Assembly: GCF_001194135.2 (NCBI RefSeq)
Contig: NC_068982.1
Location: forward strand, 39,799,565-39,843,290
DNA length: 43,726 nt
Origin: Octopus bimaculoides
Taxonomy: Eukaryota
Direction of reading: 5' to 3'
The notes below the pieces were generated by a model. That model did no database searches. It was not told where the DNA came from and was given only the letters and a program-made list of their open reading frames with translations. The position numbers were made by a program, and so were the translations under genes. Shown here piece by piece: positions 1 to 13,188 of this stretch (its first letter is position 1; each line of letters begins with the position of its first letter).

Positions 1-240
1 CTATATATCCCTCTCTCCCTCTCTCCTTCTCTCGCCGTCTTTCTGCCTTTTTTAAACCTCAAAACTCGAACATCACCCCTCTCCTAAACATTGTATTTCC
101 AATTCTCTTTATATCGATACCTTCAACTGATATTTTAACCACATAATAGATATTACGTTCTTCTTACCACACGTCATGGACGCTTCTCAGTCCTTATTTT
201 TGTCTCTCCGCCTTTTCTTTCTCCCTCTTTTTATCTTGCT
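1..240. repeat. Degenerate polypyrimidine (CT-rich) low-complexity tract
   Basis: Runs such as ccctctctccctctctccttctctc and cttttctttctccctcttttt dominate the segment. Confidence 0.6.
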
Positions 241-299
241 ATTTGCCGTCTTCAATTAATCATATAGATGGCATATACTTATGTGCACGAACAAGTACA

Positions 300-339
300 C
301 ATGTACACTCACACACATACATACATATACTCTCTTTCT

Positions 340-382
<43 letters not shown>

Positions 383-397
383 TCTCTCTCTCTCTCT

Positions 398-432
<35 letters not shown>
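300..432. repeat. Compound (CA)n/(CT)n microsatellite
   Basis: Alternating CA and CT blocks read directly; the overlapping ORFs are HT/SL repeats. Confidence 0.95.
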
Positions 433-435
<3 letters not shown>

Positions 436-1395
436 AACGTTTTGCCCATGCACATATATGCACATCTTATAAATTTTTATGAATTTTATTCTTTTCGTTT
501 CGCATCCTTTTTAAGTTTCTTTTCTTTAAATATTTACTTATATCTTCAAACTTCTAATTTTTTAATCTAATATTGTTCATATTTCTCTTGTTGATATTAA
601 TCCCCATATTTTGTAAACATTATTTCTAAAAACTTTTATTTAGTTTCAGGGAGTTATTATTATTTTCTCTATTTTTTTTTTACGATCTATTACATACCTT
701 TTCTTATACAATATTATCTACTTGTTACTTTTTAATTATGTTACTAAAATTTAACTCCCTTTGTTTGAAAATTGTCTTATTTATTGTCTTTCCTAACTAT
801 TAAAGTTCTTTTTTTTAAATATTGGCTTTCTGGTACGTCGAGAGTTCATTATGTAACACAGAGTTTTCACACACCTGAGGCGCTAGCTTAATATCTGCAT
901 TGATTTAGAAGTTTTTTATATTAATATAGACATGTAAGTGATTCATTTATTTTAATATATAACAAACTAAATTAACTTTGCATGTCTTAAGTTGCGAAAG
1001 AATCGTTGTGAGATAAAAATAATTCCATGGGTAAATAAATTTTATTGTTCTATCTCTCTCGTCATTTATAACTTTATATATACATANNNNNNNNNNNNNN
1101 NNNNNNNNNNNNNNNNNNNNNNNNNNNNNNNNNNNNNNNNNNNNNNNNNNNNNNNNNNNNNNNNNNNNNNNNNNNNNNNNNNNNNNNNNNNNNNNNNNNN
1201 NNNNNNNNNNNNNNNNNNNNNNNNNNNNNNNNNNNNNNNNNNNNNNNNNNNNNNNNNNNNNNNNNNNNNNNNNNNNNNNNNNNNNNNNNNNNNNNNNNNN
1301 NNNNNNNNNNNNNNNNNNNNNNNNNNNNNNNNNNNNNATATATATATATATATATATAAACAAATATCAATAGTATATTGAGTTTGCGATAAAGG

Positions 1396-1500
1396 CTAGA
1401 TCGTTAGAACGCCAGACAAAATACTTTGCGTGTTCTTCGTTCTGAGTTCAAATTCAACCTAGGTCTAATTTGCTTTTCGGTTTTGATAAAAATGAGTTTT
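1396..1500 (+). mobile_element. Degraded fragment of tRNA-derived SINE family A
   Basis: gatcgttagaacgcc...gttctgagttcaaattc...ttgcttttcggttttgataaaa matches the head, B-box and centre of better copies in this window (e.g. 23489-23707, 41837-42050). Confidence 0.6.
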
Positions 1501-1590
1501 ATGCGTATACTAGAAAGGCTTGCTTTAAATTTTTACTGACTACCTATACAAACGAATAATGAATAGATATAAACAAATTATATATATGTG

Positions 1591-1628
<38 letters not shown>

Positions 1629-1697
1629 CTCGTGTATGTATATATATATATATATATTACTGTGAGAGTTAGAGTTTGGGAAACCAACCAACTAAGA

Positions 1698-2200
1698 GAT
1701 AGTACCTATCCAATATACTGTTGGTCGTGTACCCAATTATTCATATCCAATGCCATACCATCTGCAACGTTGCACCTACTGGCTGGCACTTTACATATGA
1801 GCTTTCACCTCCGTAACACGAACCATACCTTCAAATCCTCCACTGTATTACTATGTAAACATTGGAGGAAGTAACATGGATCCTGGAATACATCACGGGA
1901 AGTTTGTAGCTTATTGCCCCTTCCTATACCTAATCCATTTTAGCAAGTTTTACTTCTCTCATTACCTCATGTTTGCTCCTATTCTTTTTCTGCCCTTTTT
2001 AATAATGACAAATGCACTGTACCTATTGTTAACTGTTTATTATATGTATTAGCTCTCCTAACCACTTAGACCTTCCGAAGAAGCCTAGAGGCACACTCAT
2101 CATCCAAACTTTATTTGCCCATCATCCCTACAGAACACTGAAGAGATAGATATGGCATGGAGGATTCCGTTGCCTCTTGGCAGAAACGGCCGTAAGGAAC
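1698..2200 (+). mobile_element. Penelope-like element 3' remnant (GIY-YIG endonuclease tail plus pLTR-like segment with a hammerhead remnant)
   Basis: Manual translation across frameshifts gives YPIYCWSCTQLFI (cf. PLE NVIYxIxCxxCxxxYIG), PTGWHF, ILHC and TLEEVTWILEYITGSL (cf. PVAxHF...GLLHC...KLEEQHLIFRLGxL). It is followed by TGCC-TCTT-GGCA-GAAACGGCCGTA at 2171-2194. Confidence 0.5.
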
Positions 2201-3299
2201 CGGTCTTTTGCTCTTTTCTGTAATATTAACACATGTGTGTGTAACACATAGTTACTACATGTGTATGTTTTCTTCTGATACTTTCTAAAACTTTGGAATA
2301 TATGGACACACTCAAATGTCTACCGGCTGATGTATGTCGTGTTGTATCCTCTCAATTTTCTTATTTGCCGTATATGTATAGACAAAATCGATAGCTATAA
2401 ATTTTAATTAGTTCTTTCAAAGGTATGTTTAATTGCCGCATTATCAGAATATTATACTAGTTTATTACTATTATGTCTTTTGTTTAATTTTAATTTCCTC
2501 ACATAACGATATTACTAATTGAATTGTATTATGCATGTAACATATCGCGTCTTTCATGTAAAACTATGCTTCTTGGGAAGACAGTCACATGCTATCTTTT
2601 TCGGACAATGAAATTAATAACGAGACATCGTATTTCAAACAAATTCCAGACATTTGGATAACGAGAGAAGTTCAGCTTCTTCGTTTGATTCGCTAGAAAT
2701 AGCAAGTCATTTTTCTCACAAATAACACGCGTTCGCCTCACCCTATCATCACCTTAAATAGGGAAAAGTTAAATTACGTAACTTATTTCTGTCATCAAAG
2801 TCTATAAAACATTTTGTTATACGCCTGTCCGAACAGTGCTGACCTAAAGAAGGTTTACATTATAGGTGATGTCATAGAGTATTACATATTATTACTAAGA
2901 AAATTAATAACAATCAAGTTACTATGAAGTGTCGTATTTAGTCATAGTGGGGCCTCGGTACTAAACGTTTTTGGGGTCCCCTACAATTTTGCATATACAA
3001 TTTTCAACTGTTTAGATGCAAACAATGGGAATGTGCATTATAAAAACAAATATAGAGTTGTAAATAATCTACATACATAGAACAATTATAATTTCATATC
3101 AATTTTGTAACATACTAAAAAAATAAGTTCGTCTCGTATTTTACCTTTAAAGCTAAAATGATGTTACTTTCTATATAAGTAGAAAATCGACGAACACACT
3201 ATAACTCTGATAACTCTGTTTAATCATCTATATATGCAATGCATTGTGTGACCTTTCTGTCCGGCCTACACCATGATATATCGCTAGCCACTACATATT

Positions 3300-3432
3300 C
3301 TTTATGTTCAATCCTTGTTCCTTTTCGTAGAGGAGCGTAGGCTCAAAACGTTAAAAACTTTTTCACTTGCCGAGCGTTATACTAATGCATCTGTTTGTTG
3401 TCTACACCACATGTCTTCGTCTTTTTTTTTGT

Positions 3433-3440
<8 letters not shown>
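3300..3440 (+). mobile_element. PLE pLTR-like non-coding repeat with degenerate hammerhead (same family as 11956-12125)
   Basis: GAGC-GTAG-GCTC stem followed by AAAACGTT, then ...gagcgtt...accac...tcttcgtcttttttt, resembling the reverse complement of 11956-12060. Confidence 0.5.
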
Positions 3441-3482
<42 letters not shown>

Positions 3483-3725
3483 NNNNNNNNNNNNNNNNNN
3501 NNNNNNNNNNNNNNNNNNNNNNNNNNNNNNNNNNNNNNNNNNNNNNNNNNNNNNNNNNNNNNNNNNNNNNNNNNNNNNNNNNNNNNNNNNNNNNNNNNNN
3601 NNNNNNNNNNNNNNNNNNNNNNNNNNNNNNNNNNNNNNNNNNNNNNNNNNNNNNNNNNNNNNNNNNNNNNNNNNNNNNNNNNNNNNNNNNNNNNNNNNNN
3701 NNNNNNNNNNNNNNNNNNNNNNNNN

Positions 3726-3762
<37 letters not shown>

Positions 3763-4529
3763 CATATATACATATATATATACATGCATGTATATGACGT
3801 ATATAGTTTGTATGGGACAAAAACGCAAAACATCCAGACAGCTAGATGATACAAAAAGGGGCAACAAAACATCCAGACAGATAATACAGAAAAAGGGACA
3901 AGAAAATATACGGCCGGGTCATTCGAAGCTTTCTTTCCTCAGTCGAGTTCCAGATTATCTTTGCAATTTCGACTGGTTATACCTGAGATTGCTCCAATTT
4001 GACCAGCCCCAAAGAAAAACTAAGCTAAAAGGACTAGATTCCTTGGAAGAAAGCAGCGAATGTATATGAAAACAAGGACGGAAAAACAAAACGGAGAAAT
4101 GGTACACAAATACAAATGCAAATAACAGAATATTAACAACGGGTGTCTTTCGACTAAGGACGAATTAAATTAAGCTGGCGTCTGTGGAAGTGAAGCCTTA
4201 CGGCAGGCACATAAGAGATGACTGGCATGATGAGGAATATAGATATTGCACGGATGGTAGTCGAACCAAGAAAGAAAGGTCAGGCTTGGCCGACCACTGG
4301 TGACGTGGAGAGAGAGGGGAGAGGCGTAGAGGCAGAGGGACAGAATAATTAGGGAGGGACGAGAAAAAAGAAAAGGACAGAGTGAAGTGAAAGAGGAGGG
4401 AAGGTGAGAATGAAGAGAAAGCCAAGAAATATGAGAGAGGGGAACGAATGAGAGAAGAGTGGAAAGAACGAAATGTGAAGGGGCTGATAGAAAGAAAGAG
4501 AGAATGAAAGAATAAGAGAGTAGTACAAA

Positions 4530-4572
<43 letters not shown>

Positions 4573-4618
4573 CTTACATATAAGAGACCAAAGTGTACGC
4601 CATATACATGCATACGTA

Positions 4619-5420
4619 TATGAGGGGAAGTCGAAAGTTATAAAATTATCCGCCCTTTCTCCTGAGCTTTAGTGCTCGCATGCTAAAAGGTGGTACTCTT
4701 GTGTTTATGTATCTGATATTTAACCATGATAGGTTCAATTGTCTTTCTTGTGTTACTGAACAAATATGCCTGCTCCTCTGGTAGTGTGTACGAACGGAGG
4801 TCAGCGTTCCTATTTGTCTGGTCTGGATGTATATTAGAAACTGAAATTCATCGAAAAAGCTTTTAGTACAATATGGGAACAGCGCTTGAACGCGAATAAA
4901 TGTGTATGACTGGATTGCGAATTTGAAAACTAGCTGGACAAATGTGGAATCCGATGAGGGAGCAAGAACCCATTAACCTCTCCCACTGACGCAAAAACTT
5001 GACAAGCTCGCGATATAGCTCTAGCGAGCCAACGAATGACTATTGATGAGGTAGTACGTTCTCTTTAAATTAGTTATTGTTCTGAATACGAAATCTTTCG
5101 TGACAAGCCTCACTTCATTAATGTCTGTGCAAGATGGGTACGAAGAGGTCTTGGCAAAGCGTAATCGTGTGGAGATCTGTCAACGCTTACTCGGACTCTA
5201 CAACGATGAAGTTAAACTTTGCTTTGGAAGTAATCGAAGAGTCCTGGGTACATTAATTCAGCCAGGATTCATGGAATAGAAACATTGGGAATCGCTAGCG
5301 GAAAAATGACTGTTTGGAATTAAAATGGGCCTATACTGGAACATTACCTGCAGACGGAGTTTACAATCTCAAGGTATTTTACTGTGAAATACTGGCCAAA
5401 ATCATACGTAAACATACAAT
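4619..5420 (+). mobile_element. Degraded mariner (Tc1/mariner) DNA transposon, 5' TIR-like end plus N-terminal/central transposase
   Basis: Starts TA-tgaggggaagtcgaaag (mariner-type TIR) just after a TA/CA-rich tract. Broken translation gives EIHRK..LLVQYGNSA..NVYDWI, QRMTIDEV, EIFRDKPHFINVCARWVRR (cf. WVPRxL), KRNRVEICQRLL, VIEESWVH (cf. TGDETWVH) and ILEHYL. Multiple stops and frameshifts; no right TIR found. Confidence 0.85.
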
Positions 5421-5789
5421 GAATTGAAGGACATTATTAATGATTTTATTTGCAGGTGGTCATTTACATAAAAAAAAAGAAATATTCATTTGTATAATGT
5501 TTGGTTTGTCTATCTATGTATTGCTGAAAAGTTACAATTCTATGGAAACTGGTCCAATCTTGCATTTTACTGATTTCCGTGTTAAAAAAAATTGAAATTT
5601 TCGGTTATCCCCGCTGTCATTTCAATCACAACTATGTATGTCGAACATTTTTGTTTCGTCATTATGGCTGTACACATAATAAATAAAAATAAAAATTAGT
5701 GTTATATGTTATATTATCGCGTCTATCACTCAAGGTTAGTCATGCTTCTGCACATATTTGTGAAGGCTACGACAAGATATTTTGAGAAA

Positions 5790-6010
5790 GGCTATTATAT
5801 GCCTATGCTTAAAAGGTTTCCTTCTCCACTCTACCGATGTTTATCCAAGTAAAAAGTTTGCTCATATACTTCATCACCATTGTCCTTGCAGCCATTGCTT
5901 CGAGAATGCAAAGCGTTGTATCCAATGTTGCACAATACCTTGCCACGTCATCATATTTCTGCCACACAACTCCACTGAGGATTGGGATCTGTCCAGCAAC
6001 GCCGAAATTC
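5790..6010 (-). mobile_element. Possible very old RTE-type LINE 3' fragment
   Basis: Minus-strand frames give MTWQGIVQ..KQWLQG and WINI..EWR, loosely resembling LxWFGHV..KxILQG..WxDNIxEW of the RTE RT C-terminus. Confidence 0.3.
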
Positions 6011-6024
6011 CAAAGTTGATCTGA

Positions 6025-6120
6025 GTGGGATTTGATCTAGGAATACCTGGAATTGGAACGAATACAGCCGGGCATTTAATATAATCCTACAACTACTGAA
6101 CAAATTCAACACACCTTGCG
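6025..6120 (-). mobile_element. Highly diverged SINE family A head
   Basis: gggatttgatctaggaa...ggaacgaatacagccgggcattt resembles the reverse-oriented head (gaatttgaactcagaacg...gaaataccgc..gcattt) of other copies. Confidence 0.35.
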
Positions 6121-6571
6121 CTTCTGCCAATACACCTCCTTTTACACTACTACAAGTACGTTATTCACAGCATTATTATTACGTTATTAATGCAGTAGGC
6201 GTCCTTGGGCAGTTTTTTCTAGCGATTCTTTCGAATTCATATGTGTTTATTTGGGAACATATGTACAATTTCCCTCACGTAAGAAAATACTTAAATACAT
6301 CCACAGTTATTTTCGCATAAATACGTAAGTTTACACGTAGATATACAAGATATTATATTGAACTGAAGTTTGATCAGATCCTTCACATGCACGAATAGCT
6401 AATCATAGATTTATATAATCTCTTCAATCATTTCAATAAACATAAAATTTATATTTGCTTCCCCCACACACAACAAGCAACGCACAGTGAAAAGCAAAAT
6501 GCGTAGTTGAACACACGCACATACATGCATATATAAACGCGCGCGCGCGCACACACACGCACACACCCACA

Positions 6572-6621
<50 letters not shown>

Positions 6622-6673
6622 CATACATACATGAAGATACATAAACATATAAATACATACGCATAAGTATATG

Positions 6674-6882
6674 CATTCATCGATGGGGGAAGAGAGAGAG
6701 AGAGAGAGCGAAAATGAAAGAGAGCGAGGGAAATCAGTGCAAGGTATCGAGAAACTTAATACGACAAATCACCAAATGACTACATATATATGTCGAAAAT
6801 ATAAATACTGTATATAGATGTTTATACACGTAATATACTGCCCACACAGCAAATACTGTGTTATGCAACTTCCGCCTAAAGC
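6674..6882 (+). repeat. Local duplication, copy 1 (paralog of 8072-8372)
   Basis: cattcatcgat-(GA)n-...aaatcagtgcaaggtatcgagaaacttaatacgacaaatcaccaaatgac...ttatgcaacttccgcctaaagc recurs about 1.4 kb downstream. Confidence 0.95.
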
Positions 6883-7959
6883 AATCATCAGTATATACAA
6901 AACACATATGAACGCCTTTTTTTTTTTCAGGGAATTCAGTAGAGTATATTGACATGGCAGATATAGTCAATTACATAAATATGCATAATTTAAAAGCTTA
7001 CTCGAAGATAACCATAATTATACCTATATAATTAAACATACATATTCATGAATATTTTTCTTTTTAAATGCAATATCAATTTAAAATACAGCTGCGATAA
7101 TATTTATTCAGAAATCTGTGTATTACTTGCAGTTGAAATCACATTTAGCATTTATACGAAAAAAGAAAAATATACAGAAATTAGTTTATCTTAAAATCTA
7201 CTTCCAGCTAGATTTATTGATTCTGATATTATATTTTTATTATAATTTTTGTCTGTTGGTGTATAATTGCTATTTTTATAATCGTTATTTCTTTGTTGGT
7301 GGGGACATAGTTGTTTTGAATTAATATATAAAATGCAAGATCTTCAACCATGACAATATCAGATTTAATTATCATTCATATCACTGGATTTATTTTATAT
7401 TTTATCTGTTGTCATTGACAATACTAAACCATATTTCTTGTCATATTTTTTCAATATTCTTATTATTTTAAACAATCTCAATACATTTGTCTCAGTGGAG
7501 ATGATTATTTGAAAAAGAATGAAAACTAGTGATTGACAGGAAGAAATTTTTGATAAAACATAGACATGTTCGCGTCTCTGTGTGTATGTATGTGTCTTTA
7601 GGCATCTCCATGTGTGTATGCGTGATTGCGTGTGTGTATATGAGAGTATATGTGCATGCGTATATTACAGCAATTTCACTCTGAAACATGTATTCAATGA
7701 GACACATCACTTATTCCTTTAAATTACTTCATTTCTTCAAATCAATTATATTTTCTACAATGTCGACGACATATTTATTTTTCAATTTATTTATATTTTT
7801 ATATAAAACAAGTTTCAATAATGAATGCATACTTCAGAATTATTTTTGCGCATTATGATTAGTTTCCATCACAGTATGATCTAATTTGAACTAGATGCAG
7901 TATAGTCTTGTTGTTGTCCTCGTTGTATAACTTCAGGTCAAACATTATGGACAGCTCTC

Positions 7960-8480
<521 letters not shown>

Positions 8481-10510
8481 GGACAGACCTATGATCAAAT
8501 ATGTTCAAGGCGTGACTGCCATATTTTTGAAGATTAATATAACTAGAACCAAATTATTCAACGTACCTATATATCTTTTAAATGCTACAGTGTATGACTC
8601 GAGGCAAGATAATGTGCTATTTCTGTCATATCGAGTCATCGCCTTAAGTTTTGCTTCCTCGTTGTCTCCTTAATTGTGAATTCTGGTTGAAGTGCTATAT
8701 TTTGAAGCCAAAAAGCGAAAAACCTTTGCTAATTACGAGGTAAAGAAATATATATTCTTTGAGTATGAAATGATTATTCAACCGATATATAGGAACTAAC
8801 TGTCGCTATGGAAGTATGGTTTGGCAGAATTGTGTGCTATATAAATGCTGGGGAAATAGTTATTCAAAGGGAAATGAAAGCAGTTGGCTGTATTTAGTTT
8901 GGCTTTAGAGAGATTGCAAAAGCAATTTAATGTGAAATGTGTAGATTTACGTGTATGTGTTTTATAGTAAGACAGTTTCATCATATTCCCGTTCACCTTT
9001 TTATGTTGATGAGGAAACCCTATATGCGAGAGTGTATGGAATGTACGAACTCCATGTAGTTAGTGTACAAGTTTGTTAAGTCATGATGGTAATGTTTTGA
9101 ACTGGGTATAGATATAGTTATGTGTGTTTAACATGCAGACGGTATACGTGAAATCTCAAAGTTCCGCTACACTCTAATGCATGTCTGTGAGATAGTGTTT
9201 GCGCACGTGTGTACGTGTATGTGTGTATGCATGTGTTCATGTTCCACCTGGAAATTTCTTTGTTGCCAAAATTGAATGAGCTATCGTAAACACTTCTAAT
9301 TAGGTTAGTAAGCTTGCGTTCTAATTTGGTATTCTAACACCAAATATCTTAATGAATCCGTAATTAAACAACTCAACACAGAAACACTAATGAGAGAAAG
9401 CTCACAAGAAGATCAGTTCATAAATAAGCTGAAGAAATTCGGTAACGTGATGAACATCAAAGACATTTGTGTGCCGTTGTTTATGCTCTTCCTACTGCTT
9501 CTGGTTTTGTCGTTGTGGTTGTTTAGCTATATTTCAATACTGATAGAGAATAGTGCTGTGAACAACTCTCAATATTTCTTTGTCTGGAATTGAAGATCAA
9601 TATAATCTTGATTTTTCCTTACTGCTTTAATTGTAATTATAGGAAATGTTTTAGCTCCATTTTCCTAACAGGACGAGAGAATACGTATTTATTTCTTTTC
9701 TCACAGGTGCGTTCTTCTCAATAAATCATATCAGATATGTAAAATGTTATAAGACAAAATTGTCCTTTTAAATAGCTTTCAATTTGATTTTATTTCTGAA
9801 AGTTGTATTTAATTAGATCCATTTCATTTTATGCTTCTAGGAAGTTTCATTTATTTAATTTAATGACTTTCGTTAGTTGCCGTTACATAAAAGTAATTGA
9901 CATCATGCGTTCATATACCAATATATAATATAAAGCGTTAGAAACTCTGGCAATGCAAATTTCTGAAACGATCAGTGTGTAACTTCTCTATTTATCCATT
10001 TACCAACTTTCTAAAATAATATAACTATGTGGCACACACACACATACACATAAGCGTACGCGCACACACACGCAGACGTGTGTGCTTGTGTGTGTTTGTA
10101 TGTATATTGCCATTCACCTTAAACAATAAACCGTTGGTTTAGCTTCATTAAGTTGATTTCTTCGATGGATTTTCCACTTTATAATTGCAATTAACATAGT
10201 TTATGGCGATAATAAAGTAGATTTCATATGAGATAGGTGATTACCTCTGCGATTTCACATGAATTAAGTATCGGTTTGCAACTATTCAGTCAACTTACAT
10301 TAATGATGTTCCAAAAAGCCCGTTTGCATTCGGCGTCTCATTTATAATTTTCACACTTATAGATTACAAATAGTGTGATTCATTAAAATATTTTGAAGTG
10401 AATAGGTAATGCAACCTCATGCCTCATAAAGGAAATATGGATTGCTTTGATCCTAAACACACTCGTTTATATACCTGAGTGCGTTCGTATTTATATGTTT
10501 GTGCTTGTGA

Positions 10511-10547
<37 letters not shown>

Positions 10548-11844
10548 TATATTTGCGTATATAAATGTACAAAAATACATATACATTTGCATATATGTGC
10601 TTGCATGTATTTATTTATCTAAGTATACATATAAAGCTGCATCCGCGATGAATATCCTAGTTATACATACAAATTTTTATTACCATTTGAGATTTAGATT
10701 GGTGCAACGTGCATCTGATCATTTTGATGCTATGTTGCTAAATGGTGAGGTAACATTAAGCTATAATGAACGAAAATTATATATACTTAGCGAAACTCCT
10801 GTTGTTATTGCTCTCTGACCACAACGTTTCTTGCATCGTGGTGTACAGTGGTGAGTTGATAAACCATTGACCCTGTTTAAATTTCTTTTACACAATATAA
10901 TGTGGCCACAACCCCTGTAGCTATAAAAAAGGTGCATAAGCTTGGTATCAAAGGTAGTAATCATTTCTTCCCAGGGAATAGCTTCAATCCTCGGATCTCT
11001 GGTTTATGGATCCAGCACGCTTGCACTGCTCGACTATATTCAACAAATCTTTAAGCAAGTATATGATGTTATTTCATATACTCTCTGTTCTAGATTACAT
11101 TATATCTATTATATCATCCATATTATGTTATTTATCTATTATTTATTTATCTCTAATGCATTGGACTGTGTCCAAATTACAAAATATAGGAATTACACAC
11201 TACAAGCTGCAGCACTGGGGCGTAATATATTTACTAAAAGACGACATTTCACTCTGCTTGTATACTGAGAGTTATGTTTGACAAACCTAATGCATATATC
11301 AGTTTTTCATATCAGTCAGAAACAAATTAATTCTATACATGTTTACCTAGCGCAACATAGTAAGCGAGCTTACAACTCGCCATCTACTATAATCATCTAT
11401 TTAACTAATCATCTGGTTCATCGGTTGTCTGATGAATTCTGCAGTTTGTTTGCCAGACCCCTTTCGAGGAAATCTGGAGTCATATCGATGACATGGCATC
11501 ACATATTTTACGTCTACCACCATAATATACGATATACACTATTATACTATACGCATGTATCTATATACGCATACACACACACGCACCCACACACAAACAC
11601 ACACACACATACACACACACAAACACACACACGCATTTGAAAGTCTATGAGAAATGCTTAATAGAGTTTTTGAAGTTTAGAGTTATTTTTTTTTTAATAT
11701 TATTTTTTAAAAATTAAATTAAATCTTTTATGAGGATGTTACTAAACTTTTTGGTGAAGAAGTTTTTTCTAATGTGTAAGCACCTTCGTTAAACCTTATC
11801 AAACACATGTGCTCATATGTATATATGCATCTATGTATGTATAT

Positions 11845-11867
11845 GTATGTGTGTGTGTGCGTGTGCG

Positions 11868-11954
<87 letters not shown>
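11845..11954. repeat. (GT)n microsatellite
   Basis: Direct read. Confidence 0.95.
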
Positions 11955-11955
<1 letters not shown>

Positions 11956-11956
<1 letters not shown>

Positions 11957-12125
11957 CGAATCCAAACAAGGAAGAACAAGCAAAAAAAAACAACGCGAGG
12001 ACGTGGTACAAGTACTGTACTATCAAACGCTCAGGAAAGGAAAGAAAGTTGATTTTTCGTTTCGAGCAAAGCTCTTCTTCAGAAATAGAGGAAAGTCCAA
12101 AGTAAATACTTGCTGTCGTTAAAAT
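11956..12125 (-). mobile_element. PLE pLTR-like non-coding repeat carrying a hammerhead motif
   Basis: Contains the 12052-12086 hammerhead; flanks are similar to 3300-3440. Confidence 0.55.
12052..12086 (-). ncRNA. Minimal type I hammerhead ribozyme motif (PLE type), one substitution from canonical
   Basis: Minus strand reads ATTT-CTGAAGA-A-GAGC-TTT-GCTC-GAAACG-A-A-AAAT. Stem I ATTT/AAAT, core CUGAAGA and GAAA intact, 4-bp stem II. U16.1 is replaced by A (ACGT palindrome becomes ACGA). Confidence 0.7.
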
Positions 12126-13082
12126 TCTTACAATATCTAGTATACCCATGAACGTGTTTTTTAATATTTTTAACCACAGCAGATATTTACTACCTTAATT
12201 TCGTTATATTAACAACTATTTTTCCTATTTTTATTTTTTTACCTTATATTTAAGTCACACAAGTTCTTACACTAACAATATTTCCATTATATATAGCGTT
12301 TTAAGTATTTCTACTAACTCTTATTCTCGTTGCATTCTAGCAGTTTTCTCTAGTTTTATTTAATTCCCACACAATATTTTTTTTTTAAATACTCACCGTA
12401 CCTAACATTACTTATAATTTTCAAGTCATATCCTAATTCAAACATAATTATGCCATTCCATTGGACACCTCTGTTAAACCTCCTATGATAAATAACTTAT
12501 TTGGAGTTTAAATTAATTCTCTACTTATTTTTATATAGAGAGAACGTCTCTTAAACATTTTGCACTCATATTTTCAAATAACCGTTAGCTTCATCAGTTT
12601 TAGTTTATACACAACTAGGCTCAACAACATTCTTTGGATTGCTCTCAATTTTTCATAACGATAAAATATGTATATCCGATATTGTTATCTGCTATTTCCT
12701 TCATCAAGTCTTCTGTAATAATATTTTTGTTGTATACATCTTGCACTAATGAGAGCAATTGATATGTAATTAATTTAATTTAATCAAATTAATTTTAATT
12801 ATTCTACCATGTTATTTACATGTTAATATCACTTCGAAACGATCATAAGCATGTATTAAAATTCTTTCAAATATTAACATCTTCTCTTCTCAATATTTTA
12901 CATATTTGTTGAGCTTCTATGGGATACGTTTCCATAAATGCTCATAACATACCATATACATGTAATAATTTCATATTCGCATAAATCTTACACTTGTAAG
13001 CTACCAGCAAAATAGGAAGAATCTTTTTAAGAAATCGCCCTTTGGAACACTCCAAAGTAAAGGATGAAATATAATTCAACCT

Positions 13083-13147
<65 letters not shown>

Positions 13148-13157
13148 NNNNNNNNNN

Positions 13158-13188
<31 letters not shown>

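Noticed and set aside
5048-5060. let-7-like TGAGGTAGTA
   Set aside because: It lies in mariner codons (IDEV); the rest of the mature sequence and a hairpin are absent.
9390-9593. 67-aa ORF with a hydrophobic stretch (possible small membrane protein)
   Set aside because: No recognisable homology, promoter or splice support; such ORFs are expected by chance in T-rich DNA.
10698-10990. Small AG/GT-bounded frames (10698-10749 LVQRASDHFDAMLLNGE; 10791-10850) and a weak minus-strand resemblance to a Helitron helicase motif (HIILCKRNLNRVNGL)
   Set aside because: The acceptors are weak, the interpretations are mutually incompatible and the similarity is too short to support without a search.
12566-12597. 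Minus-strand CTGATGA…GAAAATAT hammerhead-like string
   Set aside because: Stem II cannot close (GCTAAC versus GTTATTT) and there is no stem I; compatible with chance in AT-rich DNA.
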